IMG/VR virus record: IMGVR_UViG_3300011008_002712
From: a virus
Lineage: Duplodnaviria > Caudoviricetes
DNA length: 64,000 nt
Direction: 5' to 3' (one strand)
This document shows positions 9,321 through 19,347 of the stretch, piece by piece. The notes under the pieces were generated by a model. The model was given only the letters and a program-made list of their open reading frames with translations. It searched no databases and had not been told where the DNA came from. Numbering within the stretch: position 1 is the stretch's first letter; each line of letters opens with the position of its first letter. The translations under genes were made by a program, and so were the position numbers.

Positions 9321-9755
9321 TTATTTGATTCTGTTTATGATATTGAAAACAACGTTTTCATCATGACGAACATCTAAGATATGCATCGTAAAAATAGTAC
9401 GTAAAAACATATTAATATTTTTTCGTCCTAATTCACTATAGCAATGTTCATTGCATTCTTTCTCTACTTCAAGACCACTGAGAGTTAAGCGATTGTTTGC
9501 AAATTCAATGATAGTATGAATCCTGTTATTCCCATCAAGTATATTATACGAACCATCTTTATTTTCATGCAAATAAAACGATTGTATTGGTATTCTCATG
9601 AACATAGACTCAATGAATAGCGACTTTTTGTTATTTTTAAAAAACCACTCGTTATCGTGAGCAAAACGCAAAAGATTTTTTCTAGCTAACTCAATAATAT
9701 ATGAACACGTAAATTGTTGTGTATTAATCCTTACATTGTTGATGTCATAGTTCAT
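9321..9755 (-). CDS. stand-alone DUF262 (GmrSD/ParB-like) domain protein
   Basis: KSLFIESMFMRIPI ... ILDGNNRIHTI resembles the DGQQRLT motif. Confidence 0.75.
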   Translation of the reverse strand: MNYDINNVRINTQQFTCSYIIELARKNLLRFAHDNEWFFKNNKKSLFIESMFMRIPIQSFYLHENKDGSYNILDGNNRIHTIIEFANNRLTLSGLEVEKECNEHCYSELGRKNINMFLRTIFTMHILDVRHDENVVFNIINRIK

Positions 9756-9942
9756 GATTTTTCTCCTTTATTCAATATTACCATTTTCTACAAAGATATA
9801 TGTATCTCCATCAGCATTCTTTTTAAGTTTCAAAGCACTAAATCTTTTTGTCATTTCATCACCTTTTTTATTACTATATCATAAAATGATCTTGATGTAA
9901 ATAGTTTTTCAGGATATTCTAAACTTTTTTAAAGAATTACAA

Positions 9943-9964
9943 AAGGGGAGGAATTCCTCCCCTT
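9943..9964. terminator. terminator hairpin (perfect 22-bp palindrome)
   Basis: AAGGGGAGGAATTCCTCCCCTT right after the stop of 9968..10696. Confidence 0.6.
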
Positions 9965-9967
9965 CAA

Positions 9968-10696
9968 TCAAATCTTTTTTACCAGCACTCTTATATGAAG
10001 TTTCTGGATGTTATATCCTCCGGCATTGATGGATTCCAATCTTGCCTTTCCATTCTCACCTTCCACAATGCCGTTCAAGACAAGAGAGTTATTTGAGCCT
10101 AATGTTACATACACTCCTTTCCAGTCTGTGATATCTCCGGTGATTTTATGAACCTTGGAGATGGTGTTTATGATGATGTTCTCTGCGGTTTTTTCACTGT
10201 CTCTTTTTATATCATCATCTGATTTGTAGAGAAGTTCTGCGTCTGCATTTGAATACTTGCGGATAAACTCTTTGTAAGAGTATTTTTTTCTCGCTTCCTT
10301 GATTCTTGCCTTGTACTGAATCATGAATTCATAATCTTTCTGGATTATGAATTCTTTCAGTTTTTTCATTTGCTCCGGAAGTTCTTCAATCTGAAGTTCT
10401 CTTACTTGCTCTTTTGCAAGTTGCTCTTTGTACTTCTGGAGCGTAGATTCAAATTTCGCAATTTCCTTTTTTGCAGACTCTATGCTTTCTTTTGCATCGC
10501 TTACTTTGTATGCTTTTTCGCAGTTATCTTCCCAGTTAGAATCTCTCTTCTCGGCTTCAATCTTCCAAAGTTCTTCGTATGTTGGGATGTCCGCAAACTT
10601 CTCGATGATTTTATTTCTTTTCTCAATGAGAGCAAGTTTCTTCTGAATTTTTTCTTCCGTATTGTGAATCCTCTCTTGAATCTGATTTACTTTCAT
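9968..10696 (-). CDS. conserved phage coiled-coil protein
   Basis: C-terminal AGGYNIQKLHIRVLV motif; cassette promoter upstream. Confidence 0.8.
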   Translation of the reverse strand: MKVNQIQERIHNTEEKIQKKLALIEKRNKIIEKFADIPTYEELWKIEAEKRDSNWEDNCEKAYKVSDAKESIESAKKEIAKFESTLQKYKEQLAKEQVRELQIEELPEQMKKLKEFIIQKDYEFMIQYKARIKEARKKYSYKEFIRKYSNADAELLYKSDDDIKRDSEKTAENIIINTISKVHKITGDITDWKGVYVTLGSNNSLVLNGIVEGENGKARLESINAGGYNIQKLHIRVLVKKI

Positions 10697-10713
10697 TGTG
10701 ATTCCTCCTTTAC

Positions 10714-10765
10714 TTACCTCTTGAATATATTATACCATGTTATTCAGAGTTTGTAAATAGTTTTT
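10714..10765 (-). promoter_or_regulatory. repeated promoter cassette
   Basis: CTATTTACA...ATGGTATAATATATTCAAGAGGTAA. Confidence 0.85.
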
Positions 10766-10823
10766 AACAAAAAAAGCCCATATTTCATGGACTTTTTTTT
10801 AAAGTATGAGCTCTAATGCATTA

Positions 10824-11228
10824 TCAGAACATATACTTCTCTATGTTCTTTTCAAAGAAGGGATGTTTTTTGGTTATCAATTTTTCAAATCCAGCCGGAA
10901 AACGGACTTTAAATTCTTCAATCAAATAATGTGCCAGATACAATGCATATCTTTTTGTTTCAAGCGAATCCAGCATGTGAATCCATAACTCAGCAAACTG
11001 CTTGTCATCAACTGTTTTTACAATCTTTTTGCATACATCATGAAAATTCTTATCAACTTTTTCCAACTTCATTTTGCAGACGTGCAAATCGTTTTTTGCG
11101 TCTTCTGAACGTGTTTCATCATCTTTTAACATTTCATATGTTCGTTCTGCAATTTTAACACTCATCAATGCATTTTTAATTTGATGTTCCCAGTTTTTCA
11201 GTGTTGACATGATCCTGCTAATATGCAT
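10824..11228 (-). CDS. hypothetical protein
   Basis: 134-aa ORF, AAGGAGG SD. Confidence 0.75.
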   Translation of the reverse strand: MHISRIMSTLKNWEHQIKNALMSVKIAERTYEMLKDDETRSEDAKNDLHVCKMKLEKVDKNFHDVCKKIVKTVDDKQFAELWIHMLDSLETKRYALYLAHYLIEEFKVRFPAGFEKLITKKHPFFEKNIEKYMF

Positions 11229-11247
11229 TGTAATTCCTCCTTTTGTG

Positions 11248-11294
11248 TACCTCTTGAATATATTATATCATGCTATTCAGAATTTGTAAATAGT
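11248..11294 (-). promoter_or_regulatory. repeated promoter cassette
   Basis: CTATTTACA...TGATATAATATATTCAAGAGGTA. Confidence 0.8.
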
Positions 11295-11349
11295 CAAAAC
11301 AAAAAAGTCTGCATTTCAACAGACTTTTTTATCACATATTAACATATCG

Positions 11350-11613
11350 TTACCAGCAATTTGCATACTTCTCAGAAGCTTCTGCTAAAGCTTTATCAAT
11401 GGGAATAGACAATGTAAGAACATTTTTCCCTTTTTGAGTAGAATGGAATACCAGATAACTTGCTTTTTTGTTATCTTTTCGATAAATAGGATGCTGGGTA
11501 AGTTTCAATGTTTTTTGAATGACGGTGTTCAAGCGTTTGTCGCTCCACCTCTCAAAATTGATGACTTTGCCATTACCATCTACCCATGCAGAAACAAATG
11601 TCTGAATTTTCAT
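11350..11613 (-). CDS. hypothetical protein
   Basis: 87-aa ORF, AAGGAG SD. Confidence 0.65.
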   Translation of the reverse strand: MKIQTFVSAWVDGNGKVINFERWSDKRLNTVIQKTLKLTQHPIYRKDNKKASYLVFHSTQKGKNVLTLSIPIDKALAEASEKYANCW

Positions 11614-11615
11614 AA

Positions 11616-11993
11616 TTACACTCCTTTGCGATTACGGTGTGTTTTTTCTCTCCTCAGATTGTTGTCTATGACATCATCCAACCATCTGCCACCAACAGAA
11701 AACCTTGCCGTGACAATCTTTGAAACATCTTCAATGTCTTCCAATTTAACACACACGATGTTCAAATCATCTGGATATGCATTGTCACCACTAAGTTGAT
11801 ACCATTTATTCATGTCACCTCCTGAGATAACATGGAAACGTTCATTCTTCATCAGTGTATATGTATTGATCCAGTCACGAAGTTGTCCAAGAGAATCACT
11901 TGAGGTGTTGATACCTTCAATCGTGAAAGCAGATCCACTACGAAGCGACTCACATTTCTTTACAGAATCAATTTTCAAAATCTCCATACTCAT
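11616..11993 (-). CDS. conserved phage hypothetical protein
   Basis: 125-aa ORF ending GGRWLDDVIDNN. Confidence 0.7.
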   Translation of the reverse strand: MSMEILKIDSVKKCESLRSGSAFTIEGINTSSDSLGQLRDWINTYTLMKNERFHVISGGDMNKWYQLSGDNAYPDDLNIVCVKLEDIEDVSKIVTARFSVGGRWLDDVIDNNLRREKTHRNRKGV

Positions 11994-11999
11994 CTCTCC

Positions 12000-12437
12000 T
12001 TATAAATTCATATTTTGACGCTTATGTATAGCGTTGAGGATAGTTTTCTCATCATACTCACCGGTTTGGATGAGATGACGAAACGCTCTTTTGATTATAA
12101 CCATCAATGTTTCATCAGTAGGATTAGCATCCAATACTGTAGATAAAGCATCCCACATCTTTTCAATTTCTTGGTCCAATCTGCTATCCAGATATTTTTC
12201 AAACATTTCAGTCTTTTTGTTCCAATCATCCGCAAGTTCTGTCTGGGTATGATACATTCCAGCCAAATCCCATTTCTCTGCTTCTTTTCTGTTGAGTCCA
12301 AAATAAAGATTGCAATTATCACAAAATGCAAAGCAACCATTCTTGTTTGTAAAATCAAAAGCATATCCCAATTTCATTTCATGTTTGCACAGCGGACAAT
12401 GATTCAGCTTTACGCCTTCAATATTTTTAACTTCCAT
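12000..12437 (-). CDS. Lar-like (restriction alleviation) zinc-ribbon protein
   Basis: LNHCPLC ... CDNC ... ADDWNKK resembles the Lar CPxC/CxxC/WN pattern; GGAGGT SD. Confidence 0.5.
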   Translation of the reverse strand: MEVKNIEGVKLNHCPLCKHEMKLGYAFDFTNKNGCFAFCDNCNLYFGLNRKEAEKWDLAGMYHTQTELADDWNKKTEMFEKYLDSRLDQEIEKMWDALSTVLDANPTDETLMVIIKRAFRHLIQTGEYDEKTILNAIHKRQNMNL

Positions 12438-12560
12438 TGTTGACCTCCAATCTGATGCAATTGATACACTTTCCATTGATTCTATTATAACACTTTGTTT
12501 ATTGTTTGTAAATAGCTTTTTGATAAAAATTCAACAAAGGAGGCTTTCGCCTCCTCGTTA

Positions 12561-13685
12561 TCAAATCTTCGTTCTCTTGCATCTTGTCAAGATTGTCTGC
12601 TTTGTATCATTATATTCGTTATGTTCTTTAATTGTTCCGGAAATAATATACCTTTGACCTTCTTCTAAGCAGGCACTGGAAGTTTTCCAAATCAGCTGAT
12701 GTCCTTCATCATCAACAAAAATGTGTATATATACAGTAGTTTCTTTATATCCAAAGTGACTTTCATAGGATGAAACCTTATTCAATGTCACTTTTCCGGA
12801 AAATTTATCTCCAACCTTTCCTACATACTCGTTGTTCGTGGCTTCTTTTTGAGCCAATTTGATAAGATGCCTTTTATAAGACTGTGGGAGAAAAGTAATC
12901 AAGGCGACTTTGCTTGTACGTACATATCCACTCTCAAGAATCTGCTGGACATTGAATGTGAAAGAGTCTTCATTCGAAAGAGTCATATACCATTCAATAA
13001 TTTTTTTTGCAAGTTCGATGGATTCTTCTTTTGGTTCCGGACTATTCTTCAGCTGCTCTTTTACAAGAGTAAACGTAGCCGGTTCATCTTTCCATTCGGA
13101 ATCTGCCTTGCTGACATATCCATTTTTCTTAATTATCTCATGAGAGATTGCAATCACTTTCTCAACTTCGTTATACATATCGATACTATGAAATTGAGAA
13201 TCATAAGATTCGCGATTATCACCAATCTGCTCCAAAGACTTATAGTAGAAAATTGTGGAAACAATAGAATCTCCAAGAAAATCTTTAATGCATGCAGATC
13301 CTACTTGAATGATGTTTCCATCATCATGTTGAAGAATGTAAACTTCTTTTTTTGCTCTGCGAGTTCCGCAGTGATTGCACATAAAATCATCGTTTCTATA
13401 TTCTTGTGGTACTCCATCGCTTACTGTAATTGCGCCAGTTTCCAAATCTTTGAATTTTCTGCCAAGGACAGTATATCCATTGATGACATTCGAGAAATCT
13501 TGTTTCAAGTCGAAAGAAATATACTTTTCGTATCCTGCACCCTGCTTTTCATATGAAGTTCCAGTGACTTCCACCTCAATAGATGTTTTTCCGCGCTTGT
13601 TGATTTTTTCTACTTTATCAAGGATATTCTGAAAATAATCTTCACGAACAGTAAAGTTAGGAACTTCTACATTTACATTCATCAT
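12561..13685 (-). CDS. conserved large-phage protein with zinc ribbon and C-terminal OB-like domain
   Basis: CNHC..RR, VGSACIKDF, YVGKVGDK, GTIKEH..Y...QT.LTRCK. Confidence 0.75.
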   Translation of the reverse strand: MMNVNVEVPNFTVREDYFQNILDKVEKINKRGKTSIEVEVTGTSYEKQGAGYEKYISFDLKQDFSNVINGYTVLGRKFKDLETGAITVSDGVPQEYRNDDFMCNHCGTRRAKKEVYILQHDDGNIIQVGSACIKDFLGDSIVSTIFYYKSLEQIGDNRESYDSQFHSIDMYNEVEKVIAISHEIIKKNGYVSKADSEWKDEPATFTLVKEQLKNSPEPKEESIELAKKIIEWYMTLSNEDSFTFNVQQILESGYVRTSKVALITFLPQSYKRHLIKLAQKEATNNEYVGKVGDKFSGKVTLNKVSSYESHFGYKETTVYIHIFVDDEGHQLIWKTSSACLEEGQRYIISGTIKEHNEYNDTKQTILTRCKRTKI

Positions 13686-13711
13686 TGTGACCTTCCTTTC
13701 AGCTACTATCC

Positions 13712-13765
13712 TTACCTCTTGAATCTATTATACCACGTTATTCAGTATTTGTAAATAGTTTTTTT
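13712..13765 (-). promoter_or_regulatory. repeated promoter cassette
   Basis: CTATTTACA...GTGGTATAATAGATTCAAGAGGTAAGG. Confidence 0.85.
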
Positions 13766-13819
13766 AATAAAAAAGGAGGATTTTTCATCCTCCAATTTTT
13801 TGTGTTAGGTTTTAATTCG

Positions 13820-14632
13820 TCAAACCCAGCCTTTCATCTCCCCCTTATGATAATCTTCAAAACGAAGCTTTCTAATTACCGATCTGTCTTGAGTTCGAAC
13901 CACAATTCCCTCTGCTCTTGCAAATTTCTGGTTAGAACCAGTTCCATTCCCAATAATTGCATGGGATTCCTTGAAGTTGTCTTCAATCCAAGATTTTGTC
14001 TCAACAGCACCACGTGGCATATCATTGCTGTAGATAGTCATCCAAATAGGTGTTCTATCGATGTCATACTCCTTGCAAAATTCATCGAGTTTTTCAGTGC
14101 TAAACCATGGCTGTATATTATGTTCACGGTCGAATGTAATCTGCTGATTAGAAGCATCAGAGAGATACTTATCAACATCATCAATTGCCATTTGCCACAC
14201 ATCGAACACACGACACTTTCTTTGGTTGTTATTGTCGGCACAGTATATTTTAGAGCCATCTTGAATACGATGTCCATATACTTCGCCATAGATAACGGTA
14301 AACATATCGTCACCATAGTCAATATACGAACGCAGCGCTTGTTTAATTGGATCTACCACTTCAGAATTAATGACACGATCTCCACGAGCATATTCAAATC
14401 TTTCACGTTGACCAATCAGATAATCTCCATTAAAGAACACAAGTCTTCCGTTTGTTCCATCTACTTTTTCCGTGATTTCGAGTGTTTGAGAATCAGGAAA
14501 ACCACCATCAATCAATTCATCTTTCAAACCACCTTTAATCCCAAGGTGATGATACGTCAAAATAGACGGATATTTCGTAAAAGAATTAATCTTATCCCAT
14601 CCATGCCTTGCAATCAAATCGTTCAATGTCAT
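13820..14632 (-). CDS. RNA ligase, Rnl2-like nucleotidyltransferase
   Basis: motif I EKVDGTN, YGEVYG, FDV, EGIVVR, KLR. Confidence 0.85.
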   Translation of the reverse strand: MTLNDLIARHGWDKINSFTKYPSILTYHHLGIKGGLKDELIDGGFPDSQTLEITEKVDGTNGRLVFFNGDYLIGQRERFEYARGDRVINSEVVDPIKQALRSYIDYGDDMFTVIYGEVYGHRIQDGSKIYCADNNNQRKCRVFDVWQMAIDDVDKYLSDASNQQITFDREHNIQPWFSTEKLDEFCKEYDIDRTPIWMTIYSNDMPRGAVETKSWIEDNFKESHAIIGNGTGSNQKFARAEGIVVRTQDRSVIRKLRFEDYHKGEMKGWV

Positions 14633-14731
14633 AATTTCTGCGGCTAGGAAACCCACAGACTTACCGTGAGAGGAATCGCCGCTACACCACCTTTCTTAGT
14701 TCACATAAATAATTCCAACGCATTATCTTTC

Positions 14732-14947
14732 CTACAACCCCAATATTGTACAGACATCATTGGTCGTGAGCACAACATTTCCTTCAATATCGAAATTTGT
14801 ATCAGAAATAAATATCCAATTCAGAACATCTTCATTCGAGGCGTCGCATCCATTCAATACATTATAGCATTTTCTCATGATTTCAAATGCGTTCTTTTTT
14901 GCTTTTTCGCTCAGTTCGTTATAATCATAGACGGTTATTGTTCGCAT
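14732..14947 (-). CDS. hypothetical protein
   Basis: 71-aa ORF (VYDYNELSEKAKKNA motif), ends GL. Confidence 0.6.
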   Translation of the reverse strand: MRTITVYDYNELSEKAKKNAFEIMRKCYNVLNGCDASNEDVLNWIFISDTNFDIEGNVVLTTNDVCTILGL

Positions 14948-14953
14948 TTATAA

Positions 14954-15535
14954 TCATTCCCATACCACTTTTTTCTTAAGTGTCTTTGGAAAATCGCTGT
15001 AATCTCTTTCCTCGATATCCAAATCGAAAAAGTCGTTAGAAAATCTCTCCCCGCATTTGGGACAGAAAAAAACCAATTTTTTCAGATCGCTTACGTGCCG
15101 GACAAAACCATTCGTGCAGTCTTCGGTCGGGAACCAGTTTTCGCAGTGCGGGCACTGTATAACTGCGTGCCGAATTTCTAACGGTTCGTATTCAACTACA
15201 ATATTGACCTTATCTTTACTCATATTTGTTTCGTCCTTTCTTTTTTGTTGAACGGCACTGTTTGAGTTGTCTTCCTCGACGAGTTGCTTCATATTTTCGA
15301 TAAGTCTGTCAATTTCATGAAGAATAAATTTTGCACTGTAACGATCATATGGATACCATACAATCATTTGCTGATCGTCTTCACAAAAATCACTTATCTC
15401 ATCCGCAGTAGCTTCTTCTTCTACTGCTTTCCTAAGAATCTCTATCGGATTCTGTGGCCAATCATTTTCTTCGACATTGTAAAATAAATAGGAAAATGCA
15501 ATGTCCTCGATTTTCTTTGCGTTTTCTTTGGTCAT
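14954..15535 (-). CDS. hypothetical protein with C-terminal zinc ribbon
   Basis: CPHC and CPKC motifs. Confidence 0.7.
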   Translation of the reverse strand: MTKENAKKIEDIAFSYLFYNVEENDWPQNPIEILRKAVEEEATADEISDFCEDDQQMIVWYPYDRYSAKFILHEIDRLIENMKQLVEEDNSNSAVQQKRKDETNMSKDKVNIVVEYEPLEIRHAVIQCPHCENWFPTEDCTNGFVRHVSDLKKLVFFCPKCGERFSNDFFDLDIEERDYSDFPKTLKKKVVWE

Positions 15536-15550
15536 TATAATTTTCCCTTC

Positions 15551-15672
15551 TTAATAATTATCATAATCCGGCGACTGGTCTTTGATCCATTCGTCTAGGG
15601 CTTTCGCATCGTAGAATTGAGGAACTGGATAATCTGCTCCTTAGTAGCATTTGGTTCTGCTAATCTAGACAT
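15551..15672 (-). pseudogene. internally deleted relic paralogue of 15699..16493
   Basis: MSRLAEPNATKEQIIQF fused out of frame to FYDAKALDEWIKD, matching distant N- and C-proximal parts of the neighbour. Confidence 0.75.
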
Positions 15673-15698
15673 GGTTTTTCTCATTCCTTTCATGTTTT

Positions 15699-16493
15699 TC
15701 ATTCGTCAGCCCTTCTACGCTTCAGCTCGTTGAGAAGCTCCGAAAGGTCTTCACACTGTTGTCTACTGAGATACTCTCCATCGGACTCAGGCTTGGACCT
15801 ATCTGTTAAGAGCCAAATATAGTCATCAATGTAATCATCTTTCGGTTTATCCTTGAGCCATTCATCCAGCGCCTTAGCATCGTAGAACAATCCGTGCTTT
15901 TTCTTGAATGGTACCACTGGAGTGGCGCCCTCGATTCTCGCACCGATATCCTTGAGCATATCGTCCAGATTTATCTTGGCTGCGAGGTACTGATGCCAAT
16001 CTTCGAGTCGGTTTTCGTCCAGGAGGTCACCGGGCAACAATTTCTTGAGGTCATCTTTGCGGTGATATTCTTCTTCGCTTCCCAACGCTACCTTGAGATA
16101 GACATTGAAACAGTTACCTACTGTGGGAACGTAGGCGCGAAGTTTCTTCCCGCCACGCTCAAGATACACTGCGAAGTACACGGGATGTTCCCAGTCACCG
16201 CCAGCTTTACATAATGCGATTGTCGTACCATTGACTTCATGCCAGCTGGTGTCATCTTTATCGTACTCATGATCCTTTTGCCAAGGCGCATCGAAGTTCT
16301 CGAAATCGAACCTAATCTTGAAGTCAGATTCGGGTATGATTTCTGGAGTATGATATTCCCACGCCCATTCTTCCCAATCTTCCCTATCTTCTGCATCCAT
16401 CCAGTCCTTGCTCGGCCGGTCCTTGATAAACTGGATAATCTGCTCTTTAGTGGTATTCTGTTCTGCTAATCTAGGCATTACATATTCCTCCAT
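15699..16493 (-). CDS. hypothetical phage protein
   Basis: 264-aa GC-richer ORF; AGGDWEHPVYFAVY...LRAYVP..GN motif. Confidence 0.75.
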   Translation of the reverse strand: MEEYVMPRLAEQNTTKEQIIQFIKDRPSKDWMDAEDREDWEEWAWEYHTPEIIPESDFKIRFDFENFDAPWQKDHEYDKDDTSWHEVNGTTIALCKAGGDWEHPVYFAVYLERGGKKLRAYVPTVGNCFNVYLKVALGSEEEYHRKDDLKKLLPGDLLDENRLEDWHQYLAAKINLDDMLKDIGARIEGATPVVPFKKKHGLFYDAKALDEWLKDKPKDDYIDDYIWLLTDRSKPESDGEYLSRQQCEDLSELLNELKRRRADE

Positions 16494-16566
16494 TTCTCCA
16501 TTAACGTAGTGTTCGAAGCACTTAAGCTATTCACTCCGGTTTGTTAGTAAGTATTAGTGAGATTCA

Positions 16567-16971
16567 TTACTCCCAATAAAAACATCCATTTTCGCAATTT
16601 CCATCGGTAAAACACCACAATCCTTTATGGCTGCTGTCGTCTTCGTAATGTTTGCTATCTACAAAATGCCACTGAGAATAACGTACTTTACCGTATTCAA
16701 AATGTACTCTTGAACGTAATGCTACATCATAATAAGGTTCTCCTACTTCATTTTCATCTCCTGTCTTGTAGTAAATGTCTACCAAATAGATATATTCCCC
16801 TTTGTTTTGAATAACATCCTCAGCCATCCTCATTGCTTCAAGCAAATTTGCTGCATCAAGTACCTTCCAAATGATTTGTTTGCCTGTTGCATCTAAGCCT
16901 TTTGAATTGGTGTCAATGTACAAAAGAAAATTTGGATAAGCGGCTTTTTGTTTTTTTGTTAGTTTTTTCAT
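16567..16971 (-). CDS. hypothetical protein
   Basis: 134-aa ORF with promoter. Confidence 0.7.
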   Translation of the reverse strand: MKKLTKKQKAAYPNFLLYIDTNSKGLDATGKQIIWKVLDAANLLEAMRMAEDVIQNKGEYIYLVDIYYKTGDENEVGEPYYDVALRSRVHFEYGKVRYSQWHFVDSKHYEDDSSHKGLWCFTDGNCENGCFYWE

Positions 16972-17053
16972 GTCGTTTCATCCTTTACTATTTGATCTTG
17001 AATCCATTATAACACAACAATTCAAAGATGTAAATAGCAAAATTGAAAAAATT

Positions 17054-17506
17054 TTATTTTACAGAAGCATCAAATTGTTTGATAATCGTATTCTTTGGAA
17101 CTACAATCGTAACTTTTAGATTTCTTGTGTGATAGTAAAAATATTTATTTTCCTCACCTTTCCATCTATTGACATCACTATCTGTTTCATATGAAACGAT
17201 TATTTGTGGAGAAATGTCATCTCTTTCTACCAAATAAGTGGTAGCAACGTCATATTTTTCAATCAACGTTCCTTCAGGATAAACAGCTCTCACATAATAA
17301 TAAGTATTCGAATCTAATACCCCATCAATTACGCCAGTGCCGATAACAAACAAACCATCCATAGATCCTTTTGTGTCTCTAACAGTATTTAAAGATACAA
17401 TGTTAATTGAGTACTCTTCTTTCTGCCAAACGCTGCCAATGTGGTTGCAACCACTTAATGATACTGAAAAAGCAACAAGCAGTGCTATAAACAAATTCTT
17501 AATCAT
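17054..17506 (-). CDS. putative lipoprotein
   Basis: signal peptide with LSGC lipobox. Confidence 0.7.
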   Translation of the reverse strand: MIKNLFIALLVAFSVSLSGCNHIGSVWQKEEYSINIVSLNTVRDTKGSMDGLFVIGTGVIDGVLDSNTYYYVRAVYPEGTLIEKYDVATTYLVERDDISPQIIVSYETDSDVNRWKGEENKYFYYHTRNLKVTIVVPKNTIIKQFDASVK

Positions 17507-17521
17507 AAAAATACTCCTTTG

Positions 17522-17947
17522 TTATTTCCGGCGCAGTTTTGCGTGAAATGTTTTGTCTATCGTTTTTTCTATCAAAGGCAAAGCAAACTCATTCCAAATA
17601 GCATCTAATCCATCTCTGTTGATTTTGCAGTAAACATGATTGACTCCATTGTCATCTTTGCCATGAGTAATCTCAAGATATCGTTCAAAATTGGCTTGAT
17701 AGAATTGAACCCAATTCGGAATTGGAACACCAGTAGCTTTAAGTTCTCTTGCTCTGCGACGCATATCATTTATTACAATGTGTTTTGCTTCATCTCTAAC
17801 GTATCGAACAAGATATTTGTGATTATAATCTTCACCAACAAACTCAAATTTGTCAATGCCCATTGAAATAGCTTGAGCAAAATCTTCTCTTATCATCTGT
17901 TTCTGCGATTTCTTTTTGACAGAAATTTTGTCAACAGCTTTTATCAT
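17522..17947 (-). CDS. hypothetical protein
   Basis: start at MIKAVDK after a GGAGGT SD. Confidence 0.65.
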   Translation of the reverse strand: MIKAVDKISVKKKSQKQMIREDFAQAISMGIDKFEFVGEDYNHKYLVRYVRDEAKHIVINDMRRRARELKATGVPIPNWVQFYQANFERYLEITHGKDDNGVNHVYCKINRDGLDAIWNEFALPLIEKTIDKTFHAKLRRK

Positions 17948-18069
17948 TTTTCCTACCTCCCAAAATCTCATTAATTTTAGATTAATTCTATCATAAAGCA
18001 TTGTAAATGTAAATAGATGGGAGGAAATCATCCCATCATTTTATATTTTTTTTAAATTAAATCTATCAG

Positions 18070-19308
18070 TCACATATCTAAAAGTATGCATTCTAATGCC
18101 TTTAATATTTTGATCCTTTCATTTCTTACATAATCTTTGATTTTCTTGCCTTCCTTCATGCTAGAAGGAATTTGTATTTTAGTATCACATATTTTGCTCT
18201 GAATTTCTTTATTCAAAAACCATGGAACGTTTTGCCCATCATTTTTTACAATCAATGCAATTTTGTCTATATCAAACCCATTCCTTTTTATTTTAACCAG
18301 CAAATCAACAATCTTTGCATGTTTTTTCATTTTAGCTACTTTCATGTGAGAACTGCATGTAATTGCTGCTGCTTTTTTCCATTCATTCGGATAAGCTGAT
18401 GGTAAGTCATTAACGATATTGGCTCCTCTTATGTCATGCATAAAATGATGAGGAAGTTCTTCTTTAGGAGTCAATCCCTTTCCAACATCATGCATTAGCG
18501 CAGCAAAACGTGTTGTAATATCACTTGTAGCTTGAGAAACATCATCCAAAATTTTCATAGTGTGATTATACGCATCTCCTTCTGGATGAAATTTTTCAGA
18601 ATGAGTTTGGCCAATAAGTCTATATATAAAAGGAAAACATACATCTAAAATATTAGCAATCTTTAAAGCTTCAAAGAAAATAGATGGTTTGTCTGTAGCG
18701 AGAGCTTTTTTCAATTCTTCTACAATACGATCCTGAGACATTTCTTTGAGTTCTTCTTTGCATTTATTCATCATATCAAATGTATAATCATTAATCTTGA
18801 AATTGAATTTCGCAGATTGCCTAGCTGCACGAAGAGCACGCAAAGGATCCTCAAGAAAATGTTCAGATACAGCACAAATTCTTTTGTTATTTATGTCTTC
18901 AATCCCATGAAAATAATCAATAATTTCATGAGTATCAACATCTTCTGCTAATGCATTCATTGTCAAATCTCTGCGGTATAAATCTTCTTTCAATGTCACA
19001 GATGGGTCGAAAACTACTTCAAATCCATTATGTCCAGAAGCTATTTTACGTTCTTTTCTTGCAAAAGCAAATTCTACTTCGCCAAAGTTGTCAACATCCA
19101 TTCTATATACAGGAAACGATTTGCCTGTCATCTTTGCTTCAGGAAAAAGTTTTTCAAAAATAGTTTGTTCAATACCGACAACCACAACATCAACATCATG
19201 ACAAGAGATGCTGAGAAGTTTGTCCCTAACAGCACCACCAACGATGTATATTTTTCCGTTATGTTGTTTTAATATATTATTAATTTCTTTTAATGTCATA
19301 AAAGTCAC
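18070..19308 (-). CDS. cca: tRNA CCA-adding nucleotidyltransferase with HD domain
   Basis: VGGAVRD, DVDVVV, EDLYRRDLTMNA, EDPLRALRAAR, HPEGDAYNHT, MHDVGKG. Confidence 0.93.
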   Translation of the reverse strand: MTFMTLKEINNILKQHNGKIYIVGGAVRDKLLSISCHDVDVVVVGIEQTIFEKLFPEAKMTGKSFPVYRMDVDNFGEVEFAFARKERKIASGHNGFEVVFDPSVTLKEDLYRRDLTMNALAEDVDTHEIIDYFHGIEDINNKRICAVSEHFLEDPLRALRAARQSAKFNFKINDYTFDMMNKCKEELKEMSQDRIVEELKKALATDKPSIFFEALKIANILDVCFPFIYRLIGQTHSEKFHPEGDAYNHTMKILDDVSQATSDITTRFAALMHDVGKGLTPKEELPHHFMHDIRGANIVNDLPSAYPNEWKKAAAITCSSHMKVAKMKKHAKIVDLLVKIKRNGFDIDKIALIVKNDGQNVPWFLNKEIQSKICDTKIQIPSSMKEGKKIKDYVRNERIKILKALECILLDM

Positions 19309-19347
19309 TCCGTGTATTATTTTTATTTAAAAAATGAGGTATCAAAA

